This document shows, in pieces, positions 25,201-28,744 of a stretch of DNA of 28,744 nucleotides. The notes under the pieces are model-generated. The model made no database searches. It was not told the origin of the DNA and saw only the letters and a list, made by a program, of their open reading frames with translations. The stretch is from positions 1 through 28,744 of IMG/VR virus record IMGVR_UViG_3300032245_000701; one strand, given 5' to 3'. Within the stretch, counting starts at the first letter, position 1. The number at the start of each line of letters is the position of its first letter. The position numbers were made by a program, and so were the translations under genes. The DNA is from a virus. Taxonomy: Duplodnaviria > Caudoviricetes.

Positions 25201-25523
25201 CCAGCGGCGCCTTGTTTGGCTAGATCAACAGCACCTGCACCAACAGCACCGGCAGCATCTGCGCCCTTGCCCAACATGCTACGATTGTCTCCACCGGCTG
25301 TGGCAATCTTTTCAGCGGATCCAAATGCATTTTGAATCTGTTGTGCTGTCATTTCAGCTTCAGTCAATAGGTCTAGGTTGTTGATACTGGCAATGAACGG
25401 CAAAGTGAAATTTTCACGCACCTTCTGCATATAGCCCACTGTCTTGGCATCCATGCCTTCTGTCAGGCGGGCATACATTTTTGATTCTTGTAATCGTTGT
25501 TCTAGAATAATACTGGGTTTCAT
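22209..25523 (-). CDS. 1104-aa A/G/Q/P/T-rich protein, putative internal virion/ejection protein
   Basis: MKPSIILE start; repeated LxE sites (LQES, LTEG, LTEA x2, LHES); glycine-zipper hydrophobic segments; EF-hand-like loop; disordered C-terminal half. Confidence 0.7.
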   Translation of the reverse strand: MKPSIILEQRLQESKMYARLTEGMDAKTVGYMQKVRENFTLPFIASINNLDLLTEAEMTAQQIQNAFGSAEKIATAGGDNRSMLGKGADAAGAVGAGAVDLAKQGAAGVKELANKLLAQNKEKLIASLPPADAGPVEGFEQKAQEQIAQIQDPKAKQSLMDLVKQAAKNPVVQTMVLAAVGGIATAVAGPAIAGLGLGMAATGALTGTVVGGLTGAVRGLMQGEGLKGALKQGAMGAGLGAAGGGIAGAIAQGAQSYMQNKNQTQLPAADAEANRAADENAAAQWAAGTPEERAQIEQTTGMTAQQLQSKIPDEFDSGPGTGWGGGQTQKTQQTQQTSAPVANQPTGGSVDDAVYQQAKAAGATGDTSTQQFTGPDAKDQAFGRVRANLDNWRADNAAAKTMTQSRVNTGTPVIEYIDRELTARMWILHESVGKPRGGVHLTEAGIGDMFKKAGNWLKTKAGNVTNKVTADKLQQAWKKAGNPTDSGQVAGIMVSAGVPQETVDQIFQNLGLPTGASTVTQAPEAPAKAPGQGLLGKAAGAIGGAIGGVKGAIAGTKDAFAQGKQTGFDTARASQAGDAVGATGEANPYAKQDVQPGQDAQTQGAPQGQQPSYGQGSAPQAYGVAPRSTTAQTSTAQGQAPATAQGTTDTGNDVDAFGAVKSGSDAVGSTLTKAGNTVADTVNDLNRAVQSGKGMGASGQSLIRGPYAPGGEGAGKDSVKIKDEFGQEHAYKKVGAKWYDAENKEVPSAIAAMLNKQADQQAALAQGKKAAPLAGPQGEIPGAKPPAPAKAEPISIGGQKLDPKDPASAKIIAQVQQAPGGTQQPAGQTAPTTAATPPDLGKQSDGKPIKPGQKFDTETGKPLAQQPGATPPAQTPPAQTPPAQTPAALDPRDLNKDGTVDATEKSIARNQAKTGAKPPAATTTPATTAATAPAATTAPAGQSPEDIRKAKQAAAAQTAQGQMAASTQQAQTATNDVMNRMTKQLGAPPAGGPAQTTPNFGKQMTGYGKTTINAPTGVPAVAKPAVPATTNATTQPAQPEPQGTTLDLDQFKKDQAAKRAQQNAPATAGFLQTKLNGGGVTQPQKVTASIDYSAALLRKMKQRV
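22866..22917. repeat. 15-bp tandem repeat, about 3.5 copies (TPPAQ)
   Basis: aggtgtttgtgctgg at 22866, 22881, 22896 plus a partial copy. Confidence 0.9.
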
Positions 25524-25789
25524 AACTGGTCTCTATTTTTCTTGACGGATTCTCTGAGTCCGCGCACTTTACGGGTAAATTTTGCAGGATCTTGACTACG
25601 TATGCTGTTTAGCAAACGGCGCTCAAGCTCATCTGCTGTTTCAGCATCGTAATTTTCCTTGATATACTTCACCAAATTAATTGCACTAGTAATAACATTA
25701 TTAGCACGGCTTTCGATAAGGCTTTCCCTATCTCTTTGCACACTAATACTGGTCAGCTCTTCCAGAATGCTACGGGTCTGTTTACGCAA
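25520..25789 (-). CDS. Hypothetical protein (TTG start)
   Basis: 89 aa; SD GGAG and TATAAATA upstream. Confidence 0.75.
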   Translation of the reverse strand: MRKQTRSILEELTSISVQRDRESLIESRANNVITSAINLVKYIKENYDAETADELERRLLNSIRSQDPAKFTRKVRGLRESVKKNRDQL

Positions 25790-25808
25790 GATTTACTCCA
25801 ATTTAGTA

Positions 25809-25816
25809 TATTTATA
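25809..25816 (-). promoter_or_regulatory. T4-type late promoter consensus TATAAATA
   Basis: Exact match about 20 nt upstream of the first gene of the putative virion operon. Confidence 0.7.
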
Positions 25817-25835
25817 TGTATTGAGCAAAAGCCAT

Positions 25836-26936
25836 TTAGCTAAAGTATGGTGCTATTTCTGGAAATGTTTTTGTAAAATCACAACCCCTGCGGCGATCAA
25901 ACTGTTGGATCAATATCTTGGTGTTTTTTAATTTATTATCATCGTGCTTGAATGATCCAACAAAGTCTATGAACCACTGATCTTTGCTGTTATTTTCTAA
26001 ACAGCGACCTCGCAGTTCATCGGGCATTGCTTCTAATTCAAATTTCCCAAATACATTATGCCTGGTTAAATCAGTTGGATCCCCTAGTCGATTACTGTCA
26101 AACTGCTTGGTTTTCCAATCTATCAATTGATGATGATAAAATGCATTTAAACAGCTCACCGTGGGTTGTACTGTGAACATTACATTATTTGGTGATACTT
26201 CCCTATACCAAAACATGCTATCCTCGACTTGATTCCAAACTGCACCATAACGTAAGTATTCAAACCTAGCACCGATATCATCAATACTGAAAAAAACTTT
26301 TACAATTTTGCAACGGCTCCACAGATCCAATATGCGATCTTTGACACGTATGGTACCATTGGTATTGTACCACACATAGATATTCTGTAACCCAACTCTT
26401 TTATCAATGTATTCTAAAATGGTTTCATGTGTGCGTGTCAACAACGGATCACCACCATAAAAATGTATATTATCTAAATTGGATAAATCTAGTTGATCTA
26501 ACACGGTCACTATGTCGGGATCATCTAACCTAATAGGAAACGTATTTTTTGGGGTGGCTAGTTCTAGCCGCCACTGTGTGCTAAGACTTGGACTACAATA
26601 CACACAGGCAATATTACAAGTATAGTCAATAGATATTTCAAGCCCGCGTGGACCTTTTAAATCTGTATCGGTGGATTTGTAATAATCATTAACGCCGGTT
26701 CGTCGACTGCGACCACCATTGAGTTCCATCTTAGTGCATTGGCTGCAACTGTTGGTCAACACATCGGTTTTGTTTAGTTCACGCAAATCTTGTAGCAATT
26801 TAGTGTTCCATAGATCTGCTGACAAGTCTTTGATCACAGATCCATTGCCGAACCAACAGCATGGGCCCACTTTTACTCCGCGCGATGTGAGTGTTAAGGA
26901 AAGATTATAGTGTATGTCACCACAAAAATTGCTCAT
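25836..26936 (-). CDS. Radical SAM enzyme with N-terminal SPASM/twitch-like Cys cluster
   Basis: CNIACVYC (CxxxCxxC), FYGGDPL, YNTNGT, FSIDD; N-terminal C..PCC..CSQC. Confidence 0.88.
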   Translation of the reverse strand: MSNFCGDIHYNLSLTLTSRGVKVGPCCWFGNGSVIKDLSADLWNTKLLQDLRELNKTDVLTNSCSQCTKMELNGGRSRRTGVNDYYKSTDTDLKGPRGLEISIDYTCNIACVYCSPSLSTQWRLELATPKNTFPIRLDDPDIVTVLDQLDLSNLDNIHFYGGDPLLTRTHETILEYIDKRVGLQNIYVWYNTNGTIRVKDRILDLWSRCKIVKVFFSIDDIGARFEYLRYGAVWNQVEDSMFWYREVSPNNVMFTVQPTVSCLNAFYHHQLIDWKTKQFDSNRLGDPTDLTRHNVFGKFELEAMPDELRGRCLENNSKDQWFIDFVGSFKHDDNKLKNTKILIQQFDRRRGCDFTKTFPEIAPYFS

Positions 26937-28360
26937 TCTGCTTTCTTAAGTCCTGCCAACATGCTCTTGAGTCTGTTGCTGTTGACTTCTCCAGTGACCC
27001 TGGGGCCTTGTTCCCAGGCGGGAGTTCCGGTGGCACGTTCAAATTTGTTTTCTTCTGCAGGCTCTGTGACCTTGCTTTTGATCTGACTCATGATGCTGGA
27101 CACTTTGGCCGGACCTCCCGAGTCGTTGGCATCAAGCCCGGGGTCTGTGATACGCATAGTTTCAATGTTGTACTCAAGATCGATCTTTTGTCCAACTCCG
27201 GTACTACTACGCGACTTCATACACTGAATTTGATAGCGGCCACGTTCACGCATTTGTCTGCTGGTAAAGATACCAAACACGTTGTCGGCAGTATTGATCT
27301 TACTAATACCACCTGCAATATGGCTATGATCAAATTCTACTTCTTCAACTGCACTACGATTCAATTGACTGGCTGTTACTAGTAATATGCCTAGTTCTTT
27401 GGCCAAGTTACGCAACTCTTCAGCCACATACTTGTCTTTGATAAACTGATCATTGGGGTTCACTTTGACACTGACCGGCATGACCAAGTCCAAATAGTCC
27501 ACCATCACAAAGTCCACCTTGATGCCGGTCTGTATCTGTACTTCTTTTAAATAACTGCGAATGTCATTTACTGTGCTCTGTGCTGGCAGGGCCTTGACAC
27601 GATATTGTCCGGCCTTTTTACTAACCAAGCGCACTTTCATTGTGGTTGTGTCAATGTCCTTGCGAATATCCTTGGTTCCGGTGCCGGTCAACATGGCATC
27701 TGTACGCAAACTTGTAAGTTCTTCGCTCAGTTCCAATGTGATGTAAACACCACTGAGTCCGGCCTGCAACCAACTCAGCGCAATGTTCATCATAACAAGC
27801 GATTTGCCCGAACCCGAGCCTCCAGCAAAGATGTTGAGTTCACCGCGACTAAACCCGCCATATAGTAGTCGATCTAGTTGCGGCCAACCTGTTGAGACCT
27901 GCCCGCCTGAGTTGAAGTATTTGTCAATGCGAGCCTTAGGATCAGCAAAGTAATCCGTGCCCATGTCCTTGGTGAGTGATATTTGTACCGCATCTTTGAT
28001 AAGTTTTTCCACTGGGTCATATTCGCCCTTTTCAAGCAAGTCTGCTGATTTTAAAATTGCTCGCTCAAGTTCTTGTCTACGAGTAAACTGCTCAAACTCG
28101 GTCATGAACCATTCGTAGTGCCCTTCATTTAGTTCAGGTACTGGTCGCAATTCCACACCTGTGGTGGCTCGGATTTGCTCGTGTGTGGGCAAGGTTTTGT
28201 GATCTTCGCTGTGCCGTTTAAGAAACTCGGCCACTGCTCTTAAACTGCGATCAAAGTTTTCCGGATTATAAATGTTCTGTACACGCACATAACTGGTGGC
28301 ATCCTGCAACATCATTTCTAAAAACAACTGCTGTAGTTCTCTTGTGTATTCTTTGTTCAT
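26933..28360 (-). CDS. Replicative helicase, DnaB/T4 gp41-like (SF4)
   Basis: Walker A GGSGSGKS, TLELSE, Walker B VMVDYLDL, TASQLNR, MKSR. Confidence 0.93.
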   Translation of the reverse strand: MNKEYTRELQQLFLEMMLQDATSYVRVQNIYNPENFDRSLRAVAEFLKRHSEDHKTLPTHEQIRATTGVELRPVPELNEGHYEWFMTEFEQFTRRQELERAILKSADLLEKGEYDPVEKLIKDAVQISLTKDMGTDYFADPKARIDKYFNSGGQVSTGWPQLDRLLYGGFSRGELNIFAGGSGSGKSLVMMNIALSWLQAGLSGVYITLELSEELTSLRTDAMLTGTGTKDIRKDIDTTTMKVRLVSKKAGQYRVKALPAQSTVNDIRSYLKEVQIQTGIKVDFVMVDYLDLVMPVSVKVNPNDQFIKDKYVAEELRNLAKELGILLVTASQLNRSAVEEVEFDHSHIAGGISKINTADNVFGIFTSRQMRERGRYQIQCMKSRSSTGVGQKIDLEYNIETMRITDPGLDANDSGGPAKVSSIMSQIKSKVTEPAEENKFERATGTPAWEQGPRVTGEVNSNRLKSMLAGLKKAE

Positions 28361-28744
28361 AAGTTAGTATTTAATTTTTTCTTTAGTAGTTCAATTTTTA
28401 ACCGGCTCGTTTGCTTGGCCTCCAAGATACTTTTCAACACAAACAGCCTACCATAGGCCACAACTGCTGAGTTGACATCTTTGTGTGTTTCTTGCCATAT
28501 AGGATAACTTACCGACCAGCCATACTCAATGGCCGCATCAATCAACTTGGTGCCGGCTCGATCCGAGTCTGGTACCACAATCACTTCGCGGCCTAGGCTG
28601 TCAATGATGTCGGCTTGTACTTCGTTGCACTGGTTGCTCAATACAGCAACGCCATCAATGGCCATGGCATCAAATGGACCCTCTACAACAACAACAAATC
28701 GACTAGTGGGCCGTTGACGATCCACATTGAACACATAGTTGGGC
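28357..28744 (-). CDS. DNA primase, TOPRIM-containing C-terminal part (truncated by the window)
   Basis: VVVEGPFDAMAI, VVPDSDRAG (DxD), KDVN; directly upstream of the helicase. Confidence 0.88.
   Translation of the reverse strand, partial: PNYVFNVDRQRPTSRFVVVVEGPFDAMAIDGVAVLSNQCNEVQADIIDSLGREVIVVPDSDRAGTKLIDAAIEYGWSVSYPIWQETHKDVNSAVVAYGRLFVLKSILEAKQTSRLKIELLKKKLNTNL

Overview
A gene-dense fragment of a large tailed dsDNA phage, probably a T4-like or jumbo-type myovirus. A proteobacterial host is inferred from its IscU/IscA/NrdAB sequences. Every credible gene is on the minus strand. In transcription order (right to left): primase (partial), DnaB/gp41-like helicase, radical SAM enzyme; a late, probably virion-associated block (1104-aa low-complexity protein, Pol-beta-type nucleotidyltransferase, KxDG ligase-like protein, several small proteins with MK/MR..E N-termini); iscU, a free-standing Vsr-like endonuclease and iscA; a glycosyltransferase-like gene, PD-(D/E)xK exonuclease and Mtd_N-like fibre protein; nrdA, a methyltransferase-like gene, nrdB and glutaredoxin; a PAAR-like spike tip, SleB-type hydrolase, 3-TM membrane protein, 2OG-Fe(II) oxygenase, GIY-YIG and HExxH proteins. 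The last 2.3 kb (positions 1-2275) is a tandem array of short paralogous genes from two families, built from conserved DNA blocks around variable interiors. The best leads are this modular cassette array, the coupled nucleotidyltransferase and ligase-like pair, the endonuclease-split iscU-iscA unit, a leader with four phased GGC repeats, and several apparently leaderless promoters. I saw no tRNA, rRNA or CRISPR array. All assignments come from motif recognition by eye; no database searches were run.
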